From Strigamia acuminata (taxonomy: Eukaryota), in NCBI GenBank assembly GCA_949358305.1, contig OX442314.1, positions 4,712,001 to 4,776,000 on the forward strand: a stretch of 64,000 nt of DNA, read 5' to 3'. Position numbers and translations under genes: made by a program. This document shows, piece by piece, positions 50,401 to 64,000 of this stretch. How positions within the stretch are numbered: position 1 is the stretch's first letter; the number at the start of each line of letters is the position of its first letter. The notes below the pieces were generated by a model that saw only the letters and a program-made list of their open reading frames with translations, was not told the origin of the DNA and searched no databases.

Positions 50401-53400
50401 GGTTCTCGAGTTACAATATGAATGACCTTGAGGATGACCTCAGAGGTCAAATTGGATATCATAATTGGATTTCCCCCGACATTCTACCCTTACAATAATT
50501 TTGCTGAATCAACATCTAGAACAGTTTGGGAATTATTTACTGTGAACCATACTTTTTGTCCACCCTGTATAATTCATAGCTTTTTTTTAACGACGCACAA
50601 TCTTCATCATAAAATGAATGATTTACTACCTTGTTTTTCTGTCTGCATTTGGAAGCAAGCAGTTGCTGATACTGAGTCAGCCGGGGCCAAGTTGTTCTAA
50701 TATATCTAACACAACAGCTGTACGGTGTTAGAAACAAACAACGATAGATTTTACTCGTCGGCTGTCTCATTCTAAGCTTGAGCCATCATTTGCAAACCTA
50801 AGTTCAGGTAAGCCTTCTAAAGATGAGTAAAACATCTTAAAGTTAAGAAATTTTGATTTTGACCAACAACCAAAAATGAAACCACCAAAATAAACACCAA
50901 ATTAAATCATTCTTTTCATTCTTTTTAAGAAAATTTTGTTTCAGCCATAAAAATTCATTCTAATAAGTTATTCTATGTCCAAAACAAAAATTTATGTATG
51001 AGTGGGAAGAAAAATCAAACAGAATTTTGGCCAGTTAGTGTTAAAATTTCATTTCATTGTTAATTGACGTACTGTATAGACTTAAAGTTTCGTACATTTT
51101 CTTAAGAATATGGAAATGAAAAACAATCAGATATTTGTGTTTTCCATTCAGACTAGCTCTTGTTTCCACCCAAAAATGTACAGTGATCAATTTTTAGCAT
51201 TCTGCCCAGGTAGTGATATCGATGCGTTGTAACAAATACCATATGACTGTTATGGTTTTGCCCATGATAACCTGGGGACTGGATACCATTGGGTGGGACG
51301 CATACTCACGTAAATAACAGACAAAGACTCCAAAGTGTTGAGTTGTTAGCCTTTCATCCTTTTATCTAGGGATTGGAGTCTCCCATCTACACCCGTGTTG
51401 GCAGTGCCACACCAGCAACCAACCCGTCACACACAAGGAAGGGTCCCCATGGGTGATGTGGCCGGTTAGACATAACTATTCTGGCGTATTCACCCATGCG
51501 GCCCATGAAACCGCTCATGGAGGTTGTGGTGGATCCGACATCTCACCACTGCGCATCGCAGTAATGAATAGCTAGAGAGCAGAGTCAGCACAAAGCACGA
51601 CAGCTCTTGCTAGTTTCAGGACTTCACTTCTACTGTCTCGCTTGAGATTCAGCACTTTCCTCTCTCCACACACCACTCAGCTCCCCCTTCCCCACCCTGT
51701 GTCATACCACTCCACAAGGATGGATGACCTTGGGGCCATTGGGAAGTGTGTGGAGTGGGGCAGGTCACCTTTGGGTGGCCAAGCAGTCACAACTGATCTT
51801 GTGCATGTCTCCTAATGAGCCCGTTTATGTATACCAATTTGGTCTAACACTGCGCATAGGTTGTGGTATAACGAATATATTGTCAGAATTCGTTCGTTTT
51901 TTTTTTTACCTTAAAATAGGATTAAGTTTTTCTTTTCGACTTTGTGTCTTACCTTGATACTGGTTAGGTGTGATGCATTCTTTAACATTGTCGCAGATAT
52001 TAATTTGATCAATGTCGCCATATCGTTTTGTTTGGGCGTTGTGGTGGTTTCGTTGATCGTTTTGTTACCGTTGTCTATGAATAATTTCGTTTTGTTGTCG
52101 GTCAGCAAGATTACCTATATAGGTTCGTTTTTGCGTTCGTTTTTGCGTTCACTTGTAAAAGTGAACTAGTTGGCGATCTTAGTTCGCAAACTAACGAACT
52201 TTGTTCCCGAACGCGAACTGATAGTTCGCGTTCGACACAACACTCGCGCCGTGAGTCGACAATGAAGAGTTGGTAAACTTTTACCAAACTAGACTCTTTA
52301 ATTTAAAATTTTAAATAGTTTAACGAAGTGGCTACGTTCACGTCCGACACTGAACGTATTGTTTTCAAGGCGCGCTTTGATTGGTTGAGAGATGCATTGA
52401 CGAAAAACCCCGTTCTGTCTACATTGCCAAAAATAGATAAGGTTAGGTCTGCTAGGAAAAAAGAAGCGAACACCTCGAAATACATCGATGTGAGAATACT
52501 TACATTGACTAAACGAAGTGCCATCGTTAGCTCCTAACCAATCACAGCGCGCCTTGAAAATAATACGTTCACGTCGGACGTGAACGTAGCCACTGCCATA
52601 GGTTAAATATACAAAGTTGTGACCGATTGCCAGTCACTTCGATACAATGCCCACAAAGAATAGTCCAACCCAACCCCGCCCCGCCTAGTTCAGTTGATGG
52701 TTAAAGGTCAAGTGCACTGAGTGGGTTTTATTTTTTTTCTGATAGAGCATAATGAATAATAATTTTTCATATCAAAAAAAAATAAAATTTGGGCCTTTAT
52801 CACTGTTTAATAACAATTGAAAAAGTTGACTTTTTCAATATGATGCATCATGGTTGTTGGCTGGATGACCTACGTCATCAGTTCTGTGGTGGTTGGTGGT
52901 GGTGTTGTTGCGCATGCGCATCAGACTGCACATGCGCAAAAGACAGTTTTAAACTCGGCAATCAAGGTCATCCATTATGAATCCACCCTAGGCTCGGAAC
53001 TAGTTCCAGGTCAACTGAACTAGAGAACTGACAACGTCATACTCCCATGATTCTTTGCCTCGTCAACACCCGATATTGCGATTGTTATTAAACAATGATA
53101 AAGGCCCAAATTTTATTTTTTTTTGACATGAAAAATTATTATTCATTAGGCCCTATCAGAAAAAAAATAAAACCCACTCAGTGCACTTGATCTTTAATGT
53201 AATCACATGACATTATATTGGGTGATGTCATAATAAAATACGAGATCACGTGGTAGCATCCTGCAACCAGCAACTCCTCCTGGCATGGTGACATTGTATT
53301 AGTAAGTTAGGCCATATGGGTGTTTGTTGGTCTGGTTGACTTTTTTAAATGAATAAAATGTTACAACACACGAAAGCAATTTGCATAATATGTCAGCTGA

Positions 53401-53479
53401 CAATCAATTAAAGTAATCAATATTAATCTCAACAGCTTCGTGCCACATCGATAACTGCACTTACAAGTTAGAAGAAATA

Positions 53480-56313
53480 ATGGAGAGAGAGGATTCAAAT
53501 CGACCAACAGGCCGAATTCAACAAATGAGAAGACGAAAACTGCTTCAACTTGTTCGCGTTACTATGTCGAAGCAACAGAGGACTCCGGATTTCATCAAAA
53601 GTTTGACAAAAATATTGGAGAAGAAAAGAAATATCAAGATTTTACTTTGTGTGTTACTAATTATCAATTTGGCAGCTTGTGTTTATCAAACAGTAGATCG
53701 GGTATTGTATTTCATGGACGAACCCACAGCAGTTGATGCACACATGATTGAAACAACGCATGGTTCCTTCCCCTATGTTTATTTATATCCGTTTACTACG
53801 CAAGAATTTAACAATTTCATTTTCAACAAAACAAAAAAATCTGACGACAAAGATCAATGTGCAGAAGATGAAATATACCCAGAATTTTCAAAATTTAAAA
53901 TCAGTGATATTCTACAATATTATACTACACTTAGTTACATAACTGATGCCTACTTCAAAACAGTAAATCATTTTCATTTTTTCTCCTGACCAAACTAAAA
54001 AAGTTTAATCAAATGAGGAAAAAATTATATTTGCAGCCTAGAATGCGCATTAACCTTACAATTGCAAATTATGAGACTGTGGGTTATGCCACTGCACAGG
54101 TTTCCAGTCGTAAGTCAACAATATTTCCTGTTTCCTTTATTTTTACAAGTTCCTTTTTCCCTTAGCAATTTCGTTTCCATATGGGAATCCTGCTTATAAG
54201 ATGGTCATAAAAATTAATTTTCCCAAGCAATGTTCACATGTTCGAGTGAGTATTTAATTTCATCGACAATTCTCACAATTTATTTTGCATTTCTCACAGC
54301 CACAAAGTTGCACAACACATTTTTTAAACACTAAGCGTCCCTTTGTAGCTGTCAAAATTGCGAAATACTCAGTAATAAAATTTGATAATCATTCTTGAAA
54401 CCATTGCATTCAATTTCAAGGTGTTAATAGATCCATCAGCAGTCGTGTATCATTTACACAAGCTATCCATCCAAGGCCTACAAATAAAACATGACAAACA
54501 TACAGTTGGGATTAGAGTGCAAGAAGTAAGGATTAAATTAATAATTATTCACCCAGAAAAGAGAATTATTTTCTAGCCATTACTAAAAAGTATTTCTTGG
54601 ATCTATCAGCTTTATTTAAGCACAATTGCTAATTATTTACTAATATGTAATAAGGGTCATCCGTAATTTACATAATGTTGGGTTTTTGTTGACTAGAATT
54701 AACATCAAATTTCTGTTACAAGGTCGTAACAAATTCCCTCCCTCCCTCCCTAGAAAATGAGATAATAAAAAAGACCGCCTTAAGATGCTGTGTTATTTAA
54801 GGAAGGCCCCTATAATCATACAGGAATTTGAAAAATTTATTTTAGTATCATTATATCAACACTAAGAAAAATCCATGCGATAATAATTTACACGATTGCT
54901 TACGCCCATGTCTCGTCAAAAGAATGAAATGCAAGTAAGTTTTTTAATTCGACTCAATAACAGAATTCGATAAAAGAATATTTATTTCTGTGCATAAATC
55001 ACAAATCAAAACATTTCACAAAATATTTTTTTATCTGACTGCTGTTAATAAAAATTAGAAGTTAACTTAAATAAAGGTTGTCACATTAGATATCCATTTT
55101 ATGAAGCGAGAAATCTGCCGGAATGCAATGACAAAGACACTTTGATTCAGTTCAAACAAATAGAAAACTTTATCTTCATAAATGGTACAGAATCACAGTG
55201 TAGATGTGGCAATTTATGTGATGAGACAAGTTTCAGCCAAACATTCGAAAGAACACCTGGTGATGGAGATAAAATTGACATTTATGTTGGCAATACTTTT
55301 GTTCGAACATTAATCGAACACTTTTCTTACGACATCATCAATTTGCTATGCGACATTGGAGGAAACATCGGCCTCTACTTCGGCATGTCTTGCTTGACAC
55401 TGGTCGAAATATTCATTCACTTTTGCAAAATATGTGTCACCAAACCAACAACAAATTCCAAGTTAACAGATAAAATTGAAATGACGCTTGAAAATATGCA
55501 GAATCGCCGAAAACCAACTTTCGTTAAAAAGTTGATCAAAATCACAACATCACTTTTCCTTGGCTCGATATCAGTCTACTACATTTATCATTTGATTGAT
55601 TCTTATTTTCAATTTCCACTCTTGAAAACTGTTAAACTCATTAGAGATGAAAAAATTCATTTTCCATTCATTATTGCTTGTGCAGACAGTGCAAACATAT
55701 TACATGCTAAAAGCCAATTAGCCCAAAAACTCAACTCAACTGATTGTGATCATTTCCAACTGTTGGATTTACTCCATCCACTATCTGAATTCGCAAATCA
55801 ACCACTGCAACTGTGGAATGCCTCCTCTCTTTTTGATTTCTACGACAAACAACGGATATTATTACTCAAGGTAAAAAAATCAGAATATTAAATCATCAAT
55901 TCAAACGTGTATAAATTTAACAAACTTGTAGACCGGGAAAACAGCAAAGGAAATTGAATTATATCTTCCCAAATTATCATTAATACCGACAGTGTATGGA
56001 ATGTGTACTGCGTTTAATCAAGGTAAAAAAACAAGTCACTTATAATTCTCACTAAAATATTTTTACACAGCTGACAAGCCGTTTTCACGAAAGCAAAACT
56101 CTGTACTGATTTTCAATTGGCACAGTGGTCACTGTAGTTTTAAACGAGAAGTGAGATAGAAGTTTATCCTTCATACTGTTAATTGCAGCAGTTACTAATT
56201 TGACTTTTGTATTCCAGCACTTCATTTTGCCAACAAATCAATTTTTTCATCCGAAATATCGTTTAGATGTATCCAACAACTTAGGTGTTTATGTCAACTT
56301 CGCCCCTCAAACG
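53480..56313 (+). CDS. Tandem DEG/ENaC gene copy D (duplicate of B; exons 1-9 only)
   Basis: ORF translations identical to B at offset 24487. Confidence 0.7.
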
Positions 56314-59300
56314 GTGAATTCAAAAAATGATTAATCCACTGACTATAAGGTTGCCCTTTCTCCCATTGGCCGAGTCTCACTACTTATAACCGTAGACTGT
56401 GTACTACCACAAAGAAAAGTAGTTTTTATTTTTGTGATTATTATAAAATAAAGATTAAAATGATACAATTTTAATTTTATTTTATAGTAAAATGTTTTTT
56501 TCCGTTTATAAAATACAGTTTTATATATTATATGCTGTGTTTATTTCAACAAACATGTGTCACGGGCAGGCTACCCACCCTTCCTTTTTAATTCATTTTC
56601 CACTTGGTTTAACTCATCCTAAGTTTTTCTTATTTTTTTCCAATCTCTCTTATCATCTAAGATAGATGATTCATCTTTTTAAATATATGCGCAGCTTCAG
56701 CTCGAGCATGTTATTATTTTTAACAATAGGAATTATTTTACACCTTTCACCCCCTCACCCACTTTCATAGATCTGACCAGGTGACTCAAGTCTTCTTAGT
56801 CATCATTTTTCCTATCTAAACCACTTCTCACACCTCTGTCAACCGAGGATTAAATTTACGAACAACTTTAGACAAAGGAAAAGTGGCAATATCGCCTTTA
56901 CAAAATAAACCTTGAACAATCAAATCCTTGCTGGTAATATAATAATAAATACTAGTTGGTTTATTTGTCACATAATTCTATTGAATTATGTGCAAACTTT
57001 ACACCTGGTGAAGTCACCCTTCATCACCCACTGTGAGTTGGACTCCTTTGGATTATAGTCAAAAGGACTTAATCCAAAATGTGTCCTGCGTATCCAGTTC
57101 CTGTAGTGGACCTAGTAGAAGACTATGTCCTGAGTATCCACTTCCTATGTTCTAGGATTGGATGAATTAGGCTGCCCAGTGATCCCATTGGATCACTGAA
57201 CAGCTATTCTCCTCACCGAGTATATATTCCCTTGCAAAACGGATATAGCTCGCTCTTGTTCTTGTTTTGTTTGATACCGATATTTACTTGAGCACATACT
57301 ATACTTCTCTGCGTTCCGACAATCCATTGTAGAAATACTTTGTATTTAGTGTAAGTATCTAGAGTGGGTAGAAGACTCACAGACACACTTCCCGCCTCTT
57401 CATGCCAACATTCCGTTGTAGAAATGTAGTAACTAGAGTGGAGAGATTCACAGACACATTTAAGTGTAGTATCTAGAGTGGGGTACAACCCACAGACGCA
57501 CTCCCTCCAGCTTCATGCCAACATTCCGTTGTAGAATGCAGAATCTAGAGTGGAGTAAAATTCACAGACGCATTGGTAATGTAGAATCTAGAGTGGAGTA
57601 TTTATATTTCACAGACGCATTATCAGAGTAATCGACGCGGAGTAATTTCCCGGTTACTCTCCCGCCAGCCAGAACCGAGTGGAGTAATTTCCCGGCAATG
57701 GATAACCTTTCCTGCGAAATACCTTGATTCATTTCGTTGTTGGTTTGATGGAACATTTAAGTCTGACTTAAATGTTGATTGCACTCGGGGCAAAAATAGC
57801 TCGGCGCTATTTTAATTATTTCTTTATTTTTATAGTTATTTATCCAGCTTTGAGAACACAATATCATGTTTAATTCAATGGAATTTACGTGAATATTTAT
57901 TCCAATTGTTTCATCATTCTTATGATCGCGCTGTGTAATTATTAACAATATAATAATTACACGTGTGATGATTGTGCCAAAGTCAACCGCACCTCTCGGA
58001 TATAACACACCCAAGCCTAACCATTACACATCATTTTAGAACCAATCCAGGACCATTTGAAAGCCAGAACCATATTCAGACGACATCTTTTACGTCACCG
58101 TAATAAGAAAGATACACATTCTTATTACGAGACTGAAAACCGCAAGTGATATTATTTCAGGGCTTTTGCCAACCCATTGTATATTTAACATGAAGTTATT
58201 TAGCCAGTTGTAGGCATAGGTTTTATATAAGTCTTCCATTCGTAATAAACTGTTATATGATTTGAGAAATCACAAGCCTCCGTACGTTTACACTTTCACA
58301 CGAGTTCTCGCTCTAATTGTTAAGCAATTTGTATCTCGCCAAGTCAATCGTCACAAGTTTTCACTTGCTTTTTTTTATTTTTCTGAAAATATTACCAAAA
58401 ATGATTTAACAATTGTGTTTCCACAACAAAAGAATCACATTAGGACTCGCTTTGGTTCCGGTGGTGAGTCGTGGAACCTGGAAACTGAGTCGTTCAATTT
58501 GTAAACTCGCCGCTAGATGTCAGACAAGTAAGAAACAATTTCCAACATAGAAAAATTGGAAATAGTTTGATTTCATTTAAAAATCAATTTTTTAAGGCCA
58601 GGTGTGACATATCAATAGGCCACTTATTGCAATTGAATTATCATTTTAGTGAATTATTCATTATTGGAAAGTAACTTAGAATACCACATTAAATGTTTTG
58701 CATTTAGATTAAACTCAAACACGAAACTGCAACTTCATCAAGTTGAGTTTCTTTGAAATTAGAAATTATACAGTATGTTTGGTGAATTATTCGTTCTTGG
58801 AACATTGAATCACAAATGAAATATTTTGTATTTAGATTAAACTCATTCAACAAATGTAAGTGGTAGACAGACATCACATGGCATGAGTGATGCTGGACTG
58901 ATTTCACTTAGAAAAAAACAACAACTAGAAACCTTATTTGTATTGGCCTTTATTCACATGGTTGTCTAAGGCTTAGTTCCCAGAAGTGTTTCCCTGGTCT
59001 GGTTTGCATTGCTACAATCCAACCCAATATCAACCCTTGACCGTGTGGTTAAGAGACCATGTGGCCAGCGAGATATGATTTCTGCAGTGTCTCTGCACAG
59101 GCTTGCTGAGAGCTTCAGGTCGGTACCTTCTCAGGTGACATGAGTGCGGTCATGCATCCGTTCATGTTGCTGTTCCAGAAAGAACTGGTCTAAGAATGTC
59201 TCATTCATGAGATCTTGCCAGTCCTTTCTTTCCATTGGTTGCCAGACTACTTCCGAGACCGGCAGCACCACCTGACAGGGGGCGCTGCCCAGGATAACAA

Positions 59301-61515
59301 CTAGTAATAAGTGTCAGTAACCGACGGTCACACAAACTCCGGCTTCATACTATTTTCTTTGAAGTTAAAAATTATATGGTATATCTGGTAAATTATTCAT
59401 TTTTTGAACGTGACATAGAATGACAAATGAAATCTTTTGCATTTAGATCAAACTCATCCAAGCAACTCCAACTTCATAAAATTGATTTTCTTTGAAATTA
59501 GAAATTATATGTTTTACATCTGGTGAATTATTCTTTCCTGGAAAGTAACATGAATAACAGATGTAGAATTTTGCATTTAGATGAAACTCACGCAAGAAAC
59601 TTCAACGTCTAAAATTCATTTTCTTTGAAATTAGAAATTATATAGTATGTCTAGTGAATTATTCCATCTTGGAACATGACATAGAATGACAAATGAAATG
59701 TTTTGCATTTAGATTAAACTCATTCAACAAACTCCAACGTCATAGATTAGATTTTCTTTGAAATTAGAAATTATATAGTATGTCTAGTGAATTATTCCAT
59801 CTTGGAACATGACATAGAATGACAAATGAAATGTTTTGCATTTAGATCAAACTCATTCAAGCAACTCCAACCTCTTAAAGTTGATTTTCTTTGAAATTAG
59901 AAATTGTACGTTACATCTGGTGAATTATTCACTGTTGAAGAGTAACATGAATAACAGATGAAAAATTTTGCATTTAGATTAAACTCATGCGGTATCCGAT
60001 CACTTCAGTGACCATCGTGAAGTCGCGAACTGGAGAAAACGGTAAGTCAAATTTTGAATTGAAGATACTGTGTACTCTGTACAGATCGGACAGTGTTCAC
60101 CCGGAAAGATTTGTGATCCAAACAGGTTTGCTGGACCCAACTTATAGCCAGTAATGTTACATTACCCTCTCCTAGCCTGTTAGTCTGGATAACGTTCTTA
60201 GACCGGTCCTATGTCCAAGCTTCACAGAGTAAACTGTAGATATGAGAACGTAACAGGTTAATTCTTTAAATAGTTTTTCTGTGAATCAGCGGATGGAAAG
60301 TACGTGTAGTAGTTTTGTGGGTTGGGTAGGTAGTCAAGCTGCCCGGTACCTCAGTGTGTTCTCTTGGTCAAAATGCAATCAGTTTGCAACGATTTGCAAC
60401 AGTTGTGATTGCATTCCCAATGCATAAAGAATTTTAAGTTGTTACGTATACCATGGGTATGATATATATTGTCAGGTGCTTGGTTTTACCCTCCATTTTA
60501 TCTTTAAACTCTTCAGGTGACTTATGGGCTACACTCCCTACTAAAATCACTTCTTGCTTAATTGTCAACAAAGACATCGGGTCAGATCGTTTAGTCGAGT
60601 GTCGTCTAGTCGACGACAGCGATTTAACGTTCATTTTGTCGACAAAACGTTTAGTCGACAAACGTTTTGTCTACGGACTTCATTTGGCCGTTTAGTCGAC
60701 CGAGTACAAGGGTTCGTTTAGTCGACGTACCACCTAGTCGACAAACGTCTAGTCGACGTTACCTCTCAGACGTACCTCTCATAGTTCTATAAGTGAGATC
60801 GTCATTATAAATAGTGTTGTTATTCCAAAGAGCTGGGATTTCTAACCGCCCAACTCAAATAATTGACGCAGCTTTGTAACTTCCTGTCTGCACATGAAGT
60901 AAAAACATGGTTTCCAATGCGTTTTTTCGCGGACTCAATGATACATACCGTATATTAGAAAATATGTAATGTTACCAAAGAATTTATAGATTTAAAGAAA
61001 GCTGCCAAACTCGCCAATACTTACATTTAACAGTCATTACTTGTAAACGAAGCGCCATTGTTAGCTCCGAACCAATCACAGCGCGCCTAGAAAATAATAC
61101 GTTTACGTCGGAAGTGAACGTAGCCATTGCCATAGTTTAAATATACAAAGTTGTGACCGATTGCCAGTCACTTCAACACAATGCCCACAAGGAATAGTCC
61201 AACCCCGCCCCGCCTGGTTTAGTTGATGGTTAATGTAATCACATGACATTATATTGGGTGATGTCATAATATGACACGAGATCACATGGTAGCATCCTGC
61301 AACCAGCAACTCCTCCTGGCATGGTGACATTGTATTAGTAAGTTAGGCCATATGGGTGTTTGTTGGTCTCGTTGACTTTTTTAAATGAAGAAAATGTTAC
61401 TACACACGAAAGCAATTTGCATAATATGTCAGCTGACAATCAATTAAAGTAATCAATATTAATCTCAACAGCTTCGTGCCACATCGATAACTGCACTTAC
61501 AAGTTAGAAGAAATA

Positions 61516-64000
61516 ATGGAGAGAGAGGATTCAAATCGACCAGTAGGCCGAATTCAGCAAATGAGAAGACGAAAACTGCTTCAACTTGTTCGCGTTACTA
61601 TGTCGAAGCAACAGAGAACTCCGGCATTCAACAAATGTTTGACAAATATCTTGCAGAAGAAAAGAAATATCAAGATTTTACTTTGCGTGTTACTAATTAT
61701 CAATTTGGCAGCTTGTGTTTATCAAACAGTAGATCGGGTTTTGCATTTCATGGACGAACCCACAGCAGTTGATGCACACATGATTGAAACAACGCATGGT
61801 CCCTTTCCCTATGTTTATTTATATCCACCTACTACGCAAGAATTTAACGATTTCATTTTCAACAAGACAAAAAAATCTAAAGACAAAGATCAATGTACAG
61901 AAATATACCTACCATTTTCAAAATTTAATATCAGTGATATTCTACAATATACTACTACACTTAGTTACATAACTGATGCCTACTTCAAAACAGTAAATCA
62001 TTTTCATTTTTTCTCCTAACCAAACTAGAAAAGTTTAATCAAATGAGGAAAAAATTATATTTCCAGCCTGAAATGCGCATTAACCTTACAATTGCAAATT
62101 ATGAGACTGTGAGTTCGGCCACTGCACAAGTTTCCAGTCGTAAGTCAACAATAATTCCCGTTTTCTTTATTTTTAAAAGTTCCTTTTTCCCTTAGCAATT
62201 TCGTTTCCATATGGGAATCCTGCTTATAAGATGGTGATTAAACTTAATTTTCCCAAGCAATGTAAAATTGTTCGAGTGAGTATTTAATTTCATCGACAAT
62301 TCTCACAATTTATTTTGCATTTCTCACAGCCACAAAGTTGCACAACACATTTTTTAAACACTAAGCGTCCCTTTGTAGCTGTCAAAATTGTGAAATCCTC
62401 AGTAATAAAATTTGATAATCATTCTTGAAACCATTCCATTCAATTTCAAGGTGTTAATAGATCCATCATCAGTCGTTTATAATTTAAACAGTATATTCAT
62501 GCAAGAGATACAAATAAAACATGGCAAACATACAGTTGGAAATAGAGTGCAAGAAGTAAGGATTAAATTAATAATTATTCACACAGAAAAGAGAATTATT
62601 TTCTAGCCATTAATAAAAAGTATTTCTTGGATCTATCAGCTTTATTTAAGCACAATTGCTAATTATTTACTAATATGTAATAAGGGCCATCCGTAATTTA
62701 CATAATGTTGGGTTTTGGTTGACTACAGTTAACATAAACATGTAAACATCAAATTTGTGTTACAAGGTTTAACAAATTCCCTCTCTTCCTCCCTAGAAAA
62801 TAAAATAATAAAAAAGAACGGCTTAAGATGCTATGTTATTTAAGGAAGGCCCCATAATAATACAGGAATTTGAAACATTTATTTTAGTATCACTACATCA
62901 GCACTAAGAAAAATCCATGCGATAATAATTTACACGATTGTTTGCGCCCATGTCTCGTCAAACGAATGAAATGCAGGTAAGTTTTTTTGATTCGACTCAA
63001 TAACAGAATTCAATAAAAGAATATTTATTTCTGGGTATAAATCACACATCAAAACATTTAAAAAATATTTTTTATCTAACTGTTATTATTATTAATAAAA
63101 ATTAGAAGTTAACTTAAATAAAGGTTGTCACATTAGATATCCATTTTATGAAGCGAGAAATCTACCGAAATGCAATGACAAAGACACTTTGATTCAGGTC
63201 GGACAAATAGAAAACCTTATCATCTTAGATGGTATAGAATCACAGTGTAGATGTGGTAATTTATGTGATGAGACAAGTTTCAGCCAAACATTCGAAAGAA
63301 CACCTGATGATGGAGATAAAATAGACATTTATGTTGTCAATACTTTCGTTCGAACATTAGTCGAACACTTTTCTTATGACATCATCAATTTGCTATGCGA
63401 CATTGGAGGAAACATCGGCCTCTATTTCGGAATGTCTTGCTTGACACTGGTCGAAATATTCATTCACATATGCAAAATATGCGTCAGCAAACCAACAACA
63501 GCAAATTCCAAGTTGACAGATAAAATTGAAATGACACTTGAAAAGATGCAGAATCGCCGAAAACCAACTTTCGATAAAAAGTTGATCAAAATCACAACAT
63601 CACTATTCTTTGGTTTGATATCAGTCTACTACATTTACCATTTGATTGATTCTTATTTTCAATTTCCACTCTTGAAAACTGTTAAACTCATTAGAGATGA
63701 AAAAATTCATTTTCCACTCATTATTGCATGTGCAGATAGTGCAAACATATCACATGCTAAAAAGGAATTAGCCCAAAGACTCAACTCAACTGATTGTGAC
63801 GATTTACAACTGTTGGATTTACTCCATCCACTATCTGAATTCGCAAAGCAACCACTGCAATTGTGGAATGCCTCGTCTCTTCTTGATTTATACGACGAAG
63901 AACGGATAAAGCATCTCAAGGTAAAAAAAATCAGAATATTAAATCATCAATTCAAACGTGTATAAAATTAAGAAACTTGTAGAACGGGATAGCAGCAGAT
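61516..64000 (+). CDS. Tandem DEG/ENaC gene copy E (duplicate of C exons 1-7; continues beyond the window)
   Basis: Matches C at offset 24487 except ISDA>ISHA and NTT>NST in exon 6. Confidence 0.8.

Larger units (their letters stand above)
40379..64000. repeat. ~24.5-kb tandem segmental duplication, unit 2 (runs off the window end)
   Basis: Near-identical to 15896-39513. Confidence 0.95.

Overview
AT-rich, intron-containing animal (invertebrate-like) genomic DNA, not prokaryotic. The window starts with a frameshifted 5' fragment of cytoplasmic dynein 1 heavy chain (99-1369). The rest is a tandem array of five copies of a DEG/ENaC (ASIC/pickpocket-family) channel gene on the + strand: A 11705-16927, B 28993-31826, C 37029-41410, D 53480-56313 and E 61516-beyond the window end. 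The main observation is that hand-splicing gives an 11-exon, ~771-aa protein containing TWO complete DEG/ENaC subunits in tandem (TM1-ectodomain-TM2-linker-TM1-ectodomain-TM2). The junction lies inside a single exon, and the intron-phase series 0,1,0,0,2 occurs twice. This looks like a natural covalent dimer of a channel family that normally assembles as trimers. Paralogues A/B/C differ mainly in short extracellular patches. B and D lack the last two exons. A near-identical ~24.5-kb tandem duplication (about 15896-40378 vs 40379-64000+) has its breakpoint in intron 9, which makes copy C a probable chimera. Intergenic DNA holds a defective Tc1/mariner element, several MITE families with target-site duplications (TSDs), solo LTRs (one nested in another), a ~120-bp satellite and a degenerate non-LTR ORF1-like region. 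All exon models and family assignments come from manual reading, with no database search.
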